64,000 nt of DNA from Calditrichota bacterium (GTDB lineage Bacteria; Calditrichota; Calditrichia; RBG-13-44-9; J042). Shown piece after piece: positions 9,905 through 20,784 of this stretch (positions are counted from its first letter, which is position 1; each line of letters starts with the position of its first letter). The position numbers were made by a program, and so were the translations under genes. The stretch covers positions 31,096-95,095 of the forward strand of contig JAADJD010000005.1 in NCBI GenBank assembly GCA_013150955.1, written 5' to 3'. The notes beneath the pieces are model-generated. The model saw nothing but the letters and a program-made list of their open reading frames with translations. It was not told where the DNA came from and did not search any database.

Positions 9905-10384
9905 ATGATTTCGAGACGACACGCGCGACGCATCGCTCTCCAGATTTTGTTCGCCAATGAATTTTTGAAAGAAGATGTTCAAACCGTCTCTCGGCGGGTA
10001 CTGGAGAGTCTGGAAGAAAAGCCCAGTAATTTTACCATGGAACTGGTAGAAAAGACTGCCCGCAACAAGGATGAGCTCGACCGCCTGATTGAAGAGCACC
10101 TGAAGAACTGGGATCTGAGCCGAATTGCGGTGCTGGATCGAGTGCTGATTCGAATGGCACTGGCCGAAATGCTGTATTTCCCGGATATTCCTGTAGAGGT
10201 GACCATAAATGAAGCGTTGGAAATTGGAAAAGATTTTTGTAATTTAAAGAGTCGGCGGTTTATTAATGGAATTCTGGATTCGATTTATAAGGATCTTCGA
10301 AAACGCAATGTGCTCATCAAAAAATTAGAGGCCGACGCCAAGCACCGATCCGGTAGCGAGGTGAAAAAAGGAAACCTGATGTGA
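9905..10384 (+). CDS. nusB: Transcription antitermination factor NusB
   Basis: RRHARRIALQILF N-terminus and NusB fold signature; start at 9905 inferred (longest ORF starts 9878). Confidence 0.8.
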   Translation: MISRRHARRIALQILFANEFLKEDVQTVSRRVLESLEEKPSNFTMELVEKTARNKDELDRLIEEHLKNWDLSRIAVLDRVLIRMALAEMLYFPDIPVEVTINEALEIGKDFCNLKSRRFINGILDSIYKDLRKRNVLIKKLEADAKHRSGSEVKKGNLM

Positions 10385-11100
10385 AAATCGCGGTCATTTC
10401 CGATATCCATGCCAATCTGGAAGCCCTGACCACCGTTTTATCCTATTTACAGCAACAACATATTCAGCGAATATTTTGCCTGGGGGATGTTGTGGGTTAT
10501 GGCCCCCGTCCCAATGAATGTGTGGAACAGATCCGCCAGACTTGCGAAGTCTGTTTAATGGGGAACCACGACCATGCCGTGGTGGGACTAACCGATATTA
10601 CCTATTTTAATCAATATGCCCAGGAAAGTGTGCTCTGGACGCGAAAACAACTGACAAAGTCCAATTTTCAATTTCTCAAGCAACTCAAATTTTATCACGA
10701 AGAGAATGACATTCTTTTCGTGCATAGCACCCCTTTAAATCCGGAAGAATGGGATTACATTTTCTCGGAGCGGGAAGCGCGTTATCACCTGGATCGCGTG
10801 CCGCATCGCCTGGTATTTATTGGCCATTCCCATTTACCCATGGTGTTTTCATATCAGGATGGAAAACGGTATCAGGATCGTATGGTGCTGGATTTGAAGG
10901 CGGATCGTTACATTGTGAACGTGGGCAGTGTTGGGCAACCACGGGATGGCGATCCGCGCGCATGTTTTGTGCTTTACGATTTAGACCATCAGGTTCTGGA
11001 GTACATCCGCCTGGAGTACGATGTGCAAAAAACCTATCAGGAAATTATTGATCGCAATTTGCCCACCTTTTTGGCCATCCGGTTGTTGTCTGGATTCTAA
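10381..11100 (+). CDS. Metallophosphoesterase (calcineurin-like, YfcE-type)
   Basis: DIHAN...GDVVGYGP...GNHD metal-binding motifs; GTG start overlapping nusB stop. Confidence 0.7.
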   Translation: MKIAVISDIHANLEALTTVLSYLQQQHIQRIFCLGDVVGYGPRPNECVEQIRQTCEVCLMGNHDHAVVGLTDITYFNQYAQESVLWTRKQLTKSNFQFLKQLKFYHEENDILFVHSTPLNPEEWDYIFSEREARYHLDRVPHRLVFIGHSHLPMVFSYQDGKRYQDRMVLDLKADRYIVNVGSVGQPRDGDPRACFVLYDLDHQVLEYIRLEYDVQKTYQEIIDRNLPTFLAIRLLSGF

Positions 11101-11229
11101 CCTCAACCTTTCTATTTAAATCTTTGCAAAATATGGCCAGAATTGATATTTTTAAGGCTGAACTTTTTGTTTCTAAAAAAGTAATATGAAAGAAATTTAA
11201 ATCCATTTTTAATTCGAGGTGATTGACCG

Positions 11230-14200
11230 ATGTTGAGTCAGGTGATCAGCAAAATTGTTGGTACCAAGAACGAACGTGAAATTAAGAAGCTCATTCCCAT
11301 CGTTCAGCAGATCAATCAATACTATGAAGAATTTCAGAAGTTAAGCGACGAAGAGTTGCAGCGTAAGACGGAGGAATTCAAAGAACGGTTGAAGGCCGGG
11401 GAAACGCTGGACGATATCTTGCCCGAGGCTTACGCGGTGGTTAAGGATGCCTGCCGACGAATGGTGGGCAAAAAATGGATGGTAACTGGCCAGGAAATTG
11501 AGTGGGACATGATCCCATTCGATGTGCAGTTGATGGGTGCCATCGTGTTGCATCAGGGTAAGATTGCGGAAATGGCCACGGGCGAAGGAAAAACGCTGGT
11601 GGCCACCATGCCGCTTTATCTCAACGCCCTGGAAGGAAAGGGTGCCCATCTGGTAACGGTAAATGACTACCTGGCCCAGCGCGATGCGGAGTGGATGGGA
11701 GAAATCTTTAAATTTTTAGGGCTTTCGGTGGGGGTCATTCTAAGTCAGATGGATTCCAAACAGCGAAGAGAAGCCTACAGCGCAGATATTACCTATGGCA
11801 CCAACAACGAGTTTGGTTTCGACTACTTGCGCGATAACATGGCTGTGAGTCCTGATGATATCGTACAGGTCAAAGGCCATAATTACGCCATCATCGATGA
11901 AGTGGACAGCGTGCTGATTGACGAAGCCCGTACGCCGCTGATTATTTCCGGCCCGGTGGAACATTCCACCCATGCTTATCACGAAGTAAAACCCATGGTG
12001 GAGCGGCTGGTTCGGTTGCAAACGCGATATGTGAACTCCATGATCGCGGAAGCGGAAAAGCTTCTGGAAGAAGGGAAGGAATACGAAGCCGGGGTGAAAC
12101 TGTTAATTGCCCAGCGGGGTGCCCCCAAGAATCGCCGCTTACAGAAGTTATATCAGCAGCCGGGAATCAAAAAGCTGGTGTTTGACATTGAAAGCGCTTT
12201 CATGCGGGATAAGAAGCTTCATGAAATCGATGAAGAGCTGTATTACACCATCGATGAAAAGCGCAACATCGTTGATTTAACGGATAAGGGACGCAATGAA
12301 CTGTCTCCATCCAATCCCGAAGAGTTTATCCTTCCGGATTTGGCCGAAGAATTTAGCCGCATTGAAGGGGACGAATCCCTTTCCCCAATGGAAAAAATGG
12401 AGCAGAAGAACAAAATCCAGCTGGAATATGCCCGCAAGAATGAGAAAATCCACAACATCACCCAATTGTTGAAAGCCTATTCGCTGTTTGAGAGGGATGT
12501 GGATTACGTAGTCTCCGATGGCAAGGTGTTGATTGTGGACGAGTTCACCGGCCGGATCATGTACGGGCGCCGTTACAGCGATGGATTGCATCAGGCGTTA
12601 GAGGCCAAGGAAAATGTGAAGATTGAACGGGAAACCCAGACGCTGGCCACAATTACCCTGCAAAATTATTTCCGATTATACAAAAAACTGGCAGGGATGA
12701 CCGGAACTGCAGAAACGGAAGCCCAGGAATTCTGGGATATTTACAAACTGGATGTGGTGGTGATTCCCACCAACAAACCGGTGCGGCGAATCGATTACGA
12801 GGATGTGATTTACCGTACGAAGCGGGAGAAATTTAATGCGGTGATTGAAGAAATTGAACGGCTGCACAAACTGGGTCGGCCGGTACTGGTGGGTACCATT
12901 TCGGTGGAGACCTCGGAAACATTGAGCCGTATGTTAAAGCGGCGGGGAATCCCTCATCACGTGCTGAACGCCAAACATCATAAGCAGGAGGCGGAGATCA
13001 TTGCCAAGGCCGGCCAACTGGGTGCCGTCACCATCGCCACCAACATGGCCGGGCGGGGTACGGACATCAAACTGGGCAAAGGCGTCATTGAATGCAATCG
13101 GGAGTGTTTTAAGGATGACGACGAAAAGATGACCGGCCTGGTCATTCGCCACAAGAATTTTAAAAATTGTAAACTGGATACGCCCTGTGGATTGCACATC
13201 ATTGGTACAGAACGACACGAAGCCCGACGCATCGATCGCCAGTTGCGGGGCCGTGCGGGACGCCAGGGGGATCCCGGTGCCAGCCGATTTTTCCTCAGTC
13301 TGGAAGACGACCTCATGCGATTGTTTGGTTCCGATCGGATGATCAAGGTGATGGATCGTCTGGGAGCGAAAGAGGGCGAGGCCATCACCCATCCCATGGT
13401 CACCCGGGCCATCGAAAAGGCGCAGAAGCGCGTCGAGATGCAGAACTATAGCATTCGCAAGCACCTGCTGGAATACGATGATGTAATGAACAAGCAGCGG
13501 GAAGTCATCTATGCCCGACGACGGAAGGCATTGATGGGTGAGAATACCCGCGAAGATCTGGAACAGATCATGGAAGAATTCCTGGATGCGCAGTTTGAAA
13601 ATTACATTGAGGGTCGAAAGCATCCGGAGGACTGGGACATCGACGCGTTGAGCGATGTGGTCTTCCGGACGTTGCTGGTGGATTTAAAGTCGCTGGGTGA
13701 CCGGATCTACACCATGACGCCTGATGAAATTCGGGAGTACATCAAGGAAGAAGCATTTAAGATTTACGATTACAAGGAACAAAAAGTCGGACGGAAGATT
13801 GTTCAGGATTTTGAGAAATACATTATTTTGCGGGTGATTGATGACAACTGGAAAGATCACCTGCACCAGATGGATTTGTTAAAAGAAGGGATTGGCCTCC
13901 GGGCGTATGGCCAGAAAGATCCGCTGGTGGAATACAAGCAGGAAGCCTACCACATGTTCCTGGATCTGATCGACACCATCAACCAGAAAACGCTGGAATT
14001 GCTGTGGCGAACGGAATTTGTTGAGGCACCGCCGGCCTACAAGGGAGCACCACCGCGCATCATGCTGGTACACAACGATGCAACCAACATGGGGTTGTTG
14101 TCTCAGAAAGAAACTGCCACCGAGAAAGCAGCCAGAGAGCGCAGCAGCAAACCACGCCCGGTAAAAGTAGAGACCAAAGTGGGACGAAATGATCCCTGTC

Positions 14201-14250
14201 CCTGCGGCAGCGGTAAAAAATACAAGAAATGTCACGGACGGGGACTCTGA
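11230..14250 (+). CDS. secA: Preprotein translocase ATPase SecA
   Basis: 1006 aa; DEAD-like motor motifs; C-terminal Zn-finger [14 protein letters not shown]. Confidence 0.95.
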   Translation: MLSQVISKIVGTKNEREIKKLIPIVQQINQYYEEFQKLSDEELQRKTEEFKERLKAGETLDDILPEAYAVVKDACRRMVGKKWMVTGQEIEWDMIPFDVQLMGAIVLHQGKIAEMATGEGKTLVATMPLYLNALEGKGAHLVTVNDYLAQRDAEWMGEIFKFLGLSVGVILSQMDSKQRREAYSADITYGTNNEFGFDYLRDNMAVSPDDIVQVKGHNYAIIDEVDSVLIDEARTPLIISGPVEHSTHAYHEVKPMVERLVRLQTRYVNSMIAEAEKLLEEGKEYEAGVKLLIAQRGAPKNRRLQKLYQQPGIKKLVFDIESAFMRDKKLHEIDEELYYTIDEKRNIVDLTDKGRNELSPSNPEEFILPDLAEEFSRIEGDESLSPMEKMEQKNKIQLEYARKNEKIHNITQLLKAYSLFERDVDYVVSDGKVLIVDEFTGRIMYGRRYSDGLHQALEAKENVKIERETQTLATITLQNYFRLYKKLAGMTGTAETEAQEFWDIYKLDVVVIPTNKPVRRIDYEDVIYRTKREKFNAVIEEIERLHKLGRPVLVGTISVETSETLSRMLKRRGIPHHVLNAKHHKQEAEIIAKAGQLGAVTIATNMAGRGTDIKLGKGVIECNRECFKDDDEKMTGLVIRHKNFKNCKLDTPCGLHIIGTERHEARRIDRQLRGRAGRQGDPGASRFFLSLEDDLMRLFGSDRMIKVMDRLGAKEGEAITHPMVTRAIEKAQKRVEMQNYSIRKHLLEYDDVMNKQREVIYARRRKALMGENTREDLEQIMEEFLDAQFENYIEGRKHPEDWDIDALSDVVFRTLLVDLKSLGDRIYTMTPDEIREYIKEEAFKIYDYKEQKVGRKIVQDFEKYIILRVIDDNWKDHLHQMDLLKEGIGLRAYGQKDPLVEYKQEAYHMFLDLIDTINQKTLELLWRTEFVEAPPAYKGAPPRIMLVHNDATNMGLLSQKETATEKAARERSSKPRPVKVETKVGRNDPCPCGSGKKYKKCHGRGL

Positions 14251-14320
14251 AATTTAATCCATTATTTTGTGGTAATTCAGGCAGCAGCGGGCATGTCCCG
14301 TTGCCGCATTTTTATCCCGG

Positions 14321-14565
14321 GTGATGCATTAAACCCAGACAATGCGATAAACCTCGAATCACGTGAATGAAGTCAGAAAATATCTGCAAAATCACTAATA
14401 AACCCTGGAACACATTTTCATCCAGACATCATCAAACGGATTTTATTATTTTTATTCGTGTTAATTCGTGTCATTCGTAGACTACTGCATAATCTGGGAT
14501 TATTTTTATTTGTGTTCATTCGTGTTATTCGTGGTTTGATGCATAATCCGAGATATTACGAAAAA
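14321..14565. repeat. Dispersed MITE-like palindromic element (full copy with terminal inverted repeats)
   Basis: TGCATTAAACCCAGA...TGCATAATCTGGGATTA termini; internal ACGAAT-rich inverted halves. Confidence 0.75.
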
Positions 14566-14713
14566 TCCATTATCTCGTAAGTTATTCAAAAAATCGACCC
14601 TCCCACTGAAAATATATTAACAAATTTTAATGTTCACCCGATAAATATTTTACATATGTGGTTTATTACGGTCTCTTAAAACTTTACTAAAAACAACAGG
14701 GAGGTGTAGATAT

Positions 14714-16975
14714 ATGAAAAGGATTTTGGTGGTTTTAATAACCCTGGTTTTTGGGGTCACGGGCGTCTTCGCCCAGAATTATTTCGGTGCGCCACCTGGC
14801 ATTAGCTTACCAGCACAGGCATTCACAAAGGATCCGATTTTCCAGCAATTGCAGATCACGGAAAGCGATTCGTCAACGGAGCTATCGGTTGTGACCTTTA
14901 CTTCGTTTGACCTGGTGGTGTTCAGCTATTTCGACAGTTCCTATTTTTATGTTTACAATCATAAAGGGGTAGTCATCGACAGCGTGTTTCTGAATCGCGA
15001 TGAAACCCATACGTTTGTTACGGGTGAGGGACTCTACCTGGTGCGGGGAAATCACCGGTTTTCATTATTGGTTGGAGATCCCGTAACCAATTACGTTCAG
15101 GGATATTTTGCTGTTGATGCCTATGGTCGCCCGCTTTCCACTCACATAAATACCTATTTCCCGCGAATCTACACCGGTGAAGAGCGGTTGATCATTTTTG
15201 CATATGAAGACAGCACCATCTTTCGGGTAGTGACTGCAGATTCCTTTGAGCGAGCAAAGGGTCTTTTAAATCGCGGTGAACATCATGAAATAGACCCCGT
15301 TGACCTTCAAAATCAATTTGTGTTCATTCGGTCGAATAAACCGGTTTCCGTGCTAACGTATGCAGATCAGGGATATCACGTTCCGGCGGCCAATGGAACG
15401 TTCAAAGGAAAATTGTTTTATGGATATTCCGCGTTTTTGTCTGGCTGGACAAATAGCATTATTGTCATCGCCTATTCCGATTCTACGCGCATAGTTGTCC
15501 GCAATAGCATCACGTTTGATACTTTAGCTGTGGATACGTTAAATACAGGCGAGTTGTTTAAGTATTATGTTACGGCACCACTTTACTGGGAAGTGCAGGC
15601 TTCCCGGCCGGTTACGGTGATGAATGCTCCCTATGCTTATTACAATGGAGCTTACTACCATATGGTGCGCCATATCGATTCCACGGGAACCGGTGTGGGG
15701 AATCTCTTTTTCTGTCCGGTGATGGCTGGAGCACGGTTGGCCATATTTTCGCATGAGAATGATAATGTGGTAACCGTTGTGAATGAATTCAACAAGGATA
15801 CCCTGGGAGTATATGAGTTGAATCGAGGAGGGGTGGCGATTGCGTGGCCCCCTTATGCGTTGCTCAGGGTCACGGGCACCAAAAAATTGTCGGCAATTTC
15901 CTGGCTGGGGGACATGAATGGGACGTTTGGTGCGGATTTTGCCCCGCTTTATTTTTATACTGGAAAGGAATTACCGGATATTGCCGTGTATGATGATCGC
16001 CTGCAATTTCAGGCGGTCGATTCGGTGATGAGTCCGGGTAACACCGTGGAATTAAAAGCCTGGGTGTACAATGTGGGATTGGAAGTGGCCGAAAACATCC
16101 AGGTTCAGTTTTTTGATGGCCCGCCTGAAATTGACAAACCCCTGACGTCACCGATCACGATTCCCGTTCTGAAGCCGGGCGATTCGGTGCTGGTTCAGGC
16201 CCAGGGCGTGATACCGGAGCGTCCAGAATATCACTGGATTTATGTACAAACTGAACTGGTTGCCGGGGACGAGCGGTCGTATTCCAACAACGTGGCCCGT
16301 CATCCGTTAATTCCCAATAACGATCTAAATGGTACGCTGGCTGTTCGCTGGTCCGCGCCCCCCATCATTCGTTTTGAGAATGGGCAACCGGATATTCAGC
16401 AGTTCGAACTGGAGGTGGAAATCACCAACAATAGTTATCTCGATATTAGTCCCATTTCGTTGAAATTGGTACTCCCTTCTGGGTGGACAAATGTGGATTC
16501 GCTACCGGATTTGGTGACCTTTGGGCTTTTGAGTGGCGAGACGACAAAATATCGCTGGAAAATTCAGGTGGATTCATTACCCGAATCGAATCATGCCTAC
16601 TACTTTTCGCTGGATCTGGATGGATACTACTGGGAATCGAAAACGGTGAATGGGATTGTTCACGTTGGTCAGGTGACCTCGGTGCCAGATGGGGATTTTT
16701 CCAACACAATTACCCGTTTTGAATTGCTGCCCGCCTATCCCAATCCGTTTAATCCGGAAACGGTGATCCCGATTCGCGTGCCGGAACGGGAGCGTGTTGT
16801 GCTGGAGGTGTATAACATTCTGGGACAGCGCGTGGCCACCTTGTTAAATCGGGAGTTGCCGCGGGGAGAATATCGATTTCGGTTTCGGGCCGATCAATTG
16901 GGTAGTGGAATTTATTTCATCCATATGCGGGCAGGCTCCTTCCGCGATATCCGCAAAATCATTTTAATGAAGTAA
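14714..16975 (+). CDS. Large secreted protein with C-terminal type IX secretion (Por) sorting domain
   Basis: Signal peptide; C-terminal ~80 aa (LLPAYPNPFNPETVIPI...GSGIYFIHMRAG) matches T9SS CTD pattern. Confidence 0.75.
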   Translation: MKRILVVLITLVFGVTGVFAQNYFGAPPGISLPAQAFTKDPIFQQLQITESDSSTELSVVTFTSFDLVVFSYFDSSYFYVYNHKGVVIDSVFLNRDETHTFVTGEGLYLVRGNHRFSLLVGDPVTNYVQGYFAVDAYGRPLSTHINTYFPRIYTGEERLIIFAYEDSTIFRVVTADSFERAKGLLNRGEHHEIDPVDLQNQFVFIRSNKPVSVLTYADQGYHVPAANGTFKGKLFYGYSAFLSGWTNSIIVIAYSDSTRIVVRNSITFDTLAVDTLNTGELFKYYVTAPLYWEVQASRPVTVMNAPYAYYNGAYYHMVRHIDSTGTGVGNLFFCPVMAGARLAIFSHENDNVVTVVNEFNKDTLGVYELNRGGVAIAWPPYALLRVTGTKKLSAISWLGDMNGTFGADFAPLYFYTGKELPDIAVYDDRLQFQAVDSVMSPGNTVELKAWVYNVGLEVAENIQVQFFDGPPEIDKPLTSPITIPVLKPGDSVLVQAQGVIPERPEYHWIYVQTELVAGDERSYSNNVARHPLIPNNDLNGTLAVRWSAPPIIRFENGQPDIQQFELEVEITNNSYLDISPISLKLVLPSGWTNVDSLPDLVTFGLLSGETTKYRWKIQVDSLPESNHAYYFSLDLDGYYWESKTVNGIVHVGQVTSVPDGDFSNTITRFELLPAYPNPFNPETVIPIRVPERERVVLEVYNILGQRVATLLNRELPRGEYRFRFRADQLGSGIYFIHMRAGSFRDIRKIILMK

Positions 16976-16989
16976 TTCCTGTTTGGGTC

Positions 16990-17560
16990 GACTTCCCCAT
17001 GAAAAACAATCAGGGTAGCCGCAGGCTTTCAGCCTGCGGTTGCCAGGTTGTAGCCCGACTCTCCAGAGTCGGTAGCGTCCTCCACCCGCCTTGCCGGGGG
17101 AGCACGCTTGTTTGGTTACCGATGTGTTTGGTTCCATTGATCATGGCCACGGTAACCGCAGGCTTTTAGCCTGCGGTGATTTGTTAATCCCGGATTATGC
17201 AATAGCCTACGAATGACGCGAATTAAAACGAATAAAAATAATAAAATTCGTTTGATGATATCTGGAAAAAAATATGTTCCAGGGTTTAATTCTTGCTTTA
17301 ATGTAAAGCTAATTTACCTTACAACCCGCGGGCATAAAACCCGCGACTACCATTGCCTGCTGCTTACGGAAAAAACCATCCAATGCATGTCTACAACAAC
17401 TGCCAACTGCATACTGCATACTGCCAACTGAAATATGGGCATAAAGCCCACAACTACCATTTCCAATTGCCTATTGCCCACTGCCTACTGCCAACTGGAC
17501 ACTGGTAAAGGGTCAGCTGTCCACTGCCAACTGGGTATTGAAAGAAAGGCCGCAGGTGTT
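16990..17560. repeat. Left arm of ~600-bp inverted repeat flanking the 17.6-22.2 kb gene block
   Basis: Reverse complement recurs at ~22235-22935; contains CCGCAGGCT-loop-AGCCTGCGG hairpins, an embedded MITE copy and CTGCCAACTG-type short repeats. Confidence 0.75.
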
Positions 17561-17562
17561 GT

Positions 17563-18708
17563 TTATAAAATGGCCAATGATTTTTCGGGAATGAGTTGAT
17601 TGGTCTGAAATTCCTCGTGGAGCCGCTGGACCACCATGTGCAAATTTTTTCCCGAATGCACCCAGCCACGCTGTCGCATGTAGCTTGGGCCAGAATCGAT
17701 CACATCGAAAACCTTCAACAAATAGGGTTCCACCCCCAGTTCGGCGGCCAAGGGTTGAAGTTCACGAACCAGGCGAATCAGATCCTTTTTTAAGGAGACA
17801 ACCTGATTCTTTTCCACGTCGATGATCTTGGCCTGTAGCCCGTAACGAGTGGCTCGCCACTTGTTTTCGTACAATTTCCAGCGTTCGTATTCGATGGGAT
17901 GGGGATCGGCTTCGAATTGCTGCTCGAATTTTTTAAACAGGGTGTAAATCAGGGCCGATGCGGCCAGCGTTTCGGTCAGTGTGGGCATGGCATCGCAAAT
18001 TCGCACCTCGATGGTACCAAAGCCGGGATGTGGTCGAATATCCCACCAGATATCCCGGAAGGAGTCAATCGAACGGGTGTCCAGCAGATTTTGAACGAAC
18101 TCCCGATACCGCTGCCAGTCTGGAAAATAGTAGGGGATCCCCGCATTGGGCAGCTCCTCAAAGATTTTGATTCGCGAAGAGGCCAGACCGGTGTCGTACA
18201 TCATCCAGTAAGGCGAACTGGCCGAAATCGCGATTAGATGGGGCAGGTAGGGCAGCAGGGCGTTGGTAATGTACAGGCTTTTGTCCGCATCGTCCACCCC
18301 GATGTGGACGTGTATGCCAAAAATCAGAAATTGTCGGACAGGCCATTGAATTCGTTGAAGCAAATTGAGGTATCGGGGATTACTGGTGATTTTCTGTTTG
18401 CGCCAGCTGCTGAACGGATGGGTACCGGACAGGTTGATGAAGACCCCGTGGTGACGGGCCACTTCCTGTAATTGATGAAGCTTTTCCCGGATGTCTTCTT
18501 CCAGCTCTTCAAAGGAATGGCAAATGCGGGTGTTGATTTCCACGGTGCATTCAAACAGTTCCGGTTTGAAATATTCTTCGGGGAGTTCTTTTAAAATTTG
18601 CGGTGCGCGGGAAACCAGATCCCCGGTATTCGGATCAATCAGCTGGACTTCGATTTCCAGACCGATGGTGTTGCGGCTCGATGCATTGAAATCAATCATT
18701 TGCTTCAC
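17563..18708 (-). CDS. Glutamate-cysteine ligase family 2 (YbdK-type carboxylate-amine ligase)
   Basis: GCS2 family N-terminus (TIGLEIEVQLIDPNTGDL) and length 381 aa. Confidence 0.8.
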   Translation of the reverse strand: MKQMIDFNASSRNTIGLEIEVQLIDPNTGDLVSRAPQILKELPEEYFKPELFECTVEINTRICHSFEELEEDIREKLHQLQEVARHHGVFINLSGTHPFSSWRKQKITSNPRYLNLLQRIQWPVRQFLIFGIHVHIGVDDADKSLYITNALLPYLPHLIAISASSPYWMMYDTGLASSRIKIFEELPNAGIPYYFPDWQRYREFVQNLLDTRSIDSFRDIWWDIRPHPGFGTIEVRICDAMPTLTETLAASALIYTLFKKFEQQFEADPHPIEYERWKLYENKWRATRYGLQAKIIDVEKNQVVSLKKDLIRLVRELQPLAAELGVEPYLLKVFDVIDSGPSYMRQRGWVHSGKNLHMVVQRLHEEFQTNQLIPEKSLAIL

Positions 18709-18782
18709 AGTTTAATAAAAATCAAATTAAACATAATAATAATTAAAAATAGTGAATAAGGCAAGTTGAATCCGGCCGTTTC

Positions 18783-19811
18783 TCAATATTTTTTGAGCTC
18801 GTCGTTCACCATGTTCAGCATGATTGATTTTGCGCGATTGGGCAGGAAAGCGCTTTTGAATCCGTCGATGATGATCGATTTGATGTCCTCCAGGGTAAAA
18901 TCCAGATGCTTTGCGGCCAGATACAACTCTTTCGTCACGGTGGTATCGGAGATTAGTCGATTATCTGTATTGATGCAGACACGCAATCCGTAATCATAAT
19001 AAAAACGAAGCGGGTGAGTTTCCAGAGAACTGGCGGCTCCGGTTTGGACGTTGCTGGTCAAACAAATTTCCAGCGGGATGCGGTGATCGTTGACGTAATT
19101 CAGCAGGTCGCCGTCTTCGTACAGGCGGGTGCCATGGCCAATCCGATGAGCCCCGCAATAGTGTATGGCCTGGTGAATACTTTCCGGGCCAAATGCTTCG
19201 CCTGCATGCGCCGTGGTATTGATGTTATTTTTACGGATTAGAAAGAAGGCTTCTTTATGGTGTTTGGCCGGATAGTTTTCTTCCTGTCCCGCCAGATCGA
19301 AAGCCACCACGCCCCGGTTCTTGTAAGCTACCGCCAGCTCGGCCAGCAGCAAGGAGGTTTCGGGATTGATATTGCGCATACCGCAGATAATCACCCCGGT
19401 TTTGATGTTGAATTTCTTTTCGGCAGCCTGCAATCCTTCAATTACCGCATCCACAATTGTGGTCAACTTAAGTCCCTTTTTTGTGTGAAGAATGGGCGAA
19501 TAGCGTACTTCCATATACCAGACGTTTTCTGCAGCCGCATCTTCGGCCAGTTCATACGCCACCCGATATAGCGCTTCCGGTTCCTGCAACACCGACAGAG
19601 TGATTTCAAAACCGCGCAGGTATTCCGCAAGATTTTTACAATTTTTCCCACTCATCACGATTTTGGCCAATTTTTTGGGATCTGTGGAAGGCAATTCCAC
19701 GTTCTGCTTCCTGGCCAGATCAATCAGGGTGTCGATACGCAACGAGCCATCCAGATGCACGTGCAGATCCGTTTTGGGCAACTTTTCCAGAATTTCGTAT
19801 GGAATTTCCAT
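18783..19811 (-). CDS. add: Adenosine deaminase
   Basis: LPKTDLHVHLDGSLR and SLNTDDP-like metal-binding motifs. Confidence 0.85.
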   Translation of the reverse strand: MEIPYEILEKLPKTDLHVHLDGSLRIDTLIDLARKQNVELPSTDPKKLAKIVMSGKNCKNLAEYLRGFEITLSVLQEPEALYRVAYELAEDAAAENVWYMEVRYSPILHTKKGLKLTTIVDAVIEGLQAAEKKFNIKTGVIICGMRNINPETSLLLAELAVAYKNRGVVAFDLAGQEENYPAKHHKEAFFLIRKNNINTTAHAGEAFGPESIHQAIHYCGAHRIGHGTRLYEDGDLLNYVNDHRIPLEICLTSNVQTGAASSLETHPLRFYYDYGLRVCINTDNRLISDTTVTKELYLAAKHLDFTLEDIKSIIIDGFKSAFLPNRAKSIMLNMVNDELKKY

Positions 19812-19859
19812 GGGCCGTTATCCTTTCGTGTTCGCTTTTAACGAATAACCCGCAAGCAG

Positions 19860-20756
19860 TTACTTAAGTTCCAGCTTCGGTTTTTCGGTGGTATCGGGTA
19901 AAGCGATTTTTTTCGCCGCCCGTGAGGTATCGGCTGTGAGTTTTGTTCCCAGGGTGTCCGGTGTTTGTTTGCTGGTATCCGCCGGGAGTGGGGCAGGCAG
20001 GAGGGTATCCGCCTGAGCGGGAGTGATCAGGGTATCCATGGGAGCCGGGGCAGCTTCGGGAACGGCCTGCAGGGTGTCCGCCGCGACCGGGGCGCCTGCG
20101 GCCTGATACTGAGCCCGCAGCTCCAGCCGTTGCCGCAAGTCTTCGATGGCCTGCTCGGCCCGGAGACGCCACTCCGTGTTCGGGTAATTGTTAATGGTTT
20201 TCTCATAAGCTTCGATGGCGTGCTGGTAATCCTTCAGTCGTTCGTACAGTGTGCCAATCTTAAATTGTGCGTACCCTTTTGCCTCTTTGTCATCACTGTT
20301 AGGGTAGTCGATGGCTTTCTGATAGTACTCAATGGCCCGTTCAAAGTCCTGAGCGCTTTCCCCGGTTAATTGCTGGGAAATGCCCGCCGAGTTTTCGTAA
20401 AATTCCGCAATGGCATTGTAGATCTGGGGAATTCTCGAGGGAATGATGTTTTCCCGTAGCAGGTTGTACAGTAGATCGAATTGCTTTTCGTATTGTTCGA
20501 AGGCGCCATAGCATTTGCTTAAGCCAATCACGGCATCGATGTATTCCCGGCTGGTGGGATAATTCTGGTAGATTAAACTGTAAGCAATGAACGCATTTTC
20601 ATAATCGCCTGCTTCATAGAATTGATTCCCGTACTGCAATAAATCGGCGGCGGTGGCACCTTCCTGTTGAAATCCTTCCTGAGTGGTTTTTTTGGTGCAG
20701 AAAAGCAGAAAACTGATCAGGACAAGCAAGAAAACGGGTATTTTAAACAGGCGCAT
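19860..20756 (-). CDS. TPR-repeat lipoprotein with Ala/Pro/Thr-rich C-terminal tail
   Basis: Start re-assigned to MRLFKIPVFLLVLISFLLFC (GGAGG SD, lipobox); multiple TPR-like YYxxA repeats. Confidence 0.65.
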   Translation of the reverse strand: MRLFKIPVFLLVLISFLLFCTKKTTQEGFQQEGATAADLLQYGNQFYEAGDYENAFIAYSLIYQNYPTSREYIDAVIGLSKCYGAFEQYEKQFDLLYNLLRENIIPSRIPQIYNAIAEFYENSAGISQQLTGESAQDFERAIEYYQKAIDYPNSDDKEAKGYAQFKIGTLYERLKDYQHAIEAYEKTINNYPNTEWRLRAEQAIEDLRQRLELRAQYQAAGAPVAADTLQAVPEAAPAPMDTLITPAQADTLLPAPLPADTSKQTPDTLGTKLTADTSRAAKKIALPDTTEKPKLELK

Positions 20757-20784
20757 TCTAACCTCCTTAAATATGGGCTCATAT

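Noticed and set aside
10749-11051. 100-aa same-strand overlapping ORF within the metallophosphoesterase gene
   Set aside because: Alternative frame inside a gene with clear MPP motifs; no independent start signals.
17390-17560. CTGCCAACTG / CATACTGCATACTG short tandem motifs as an independent feature (e.g. iterons of a plasmid origin)
   Set aside because: They occur only inside the inverted-repeat arms and mirror each other on the two arms. There is no rep gene or AT-rich DUE nearby, so I treat them as substructure of the IR.
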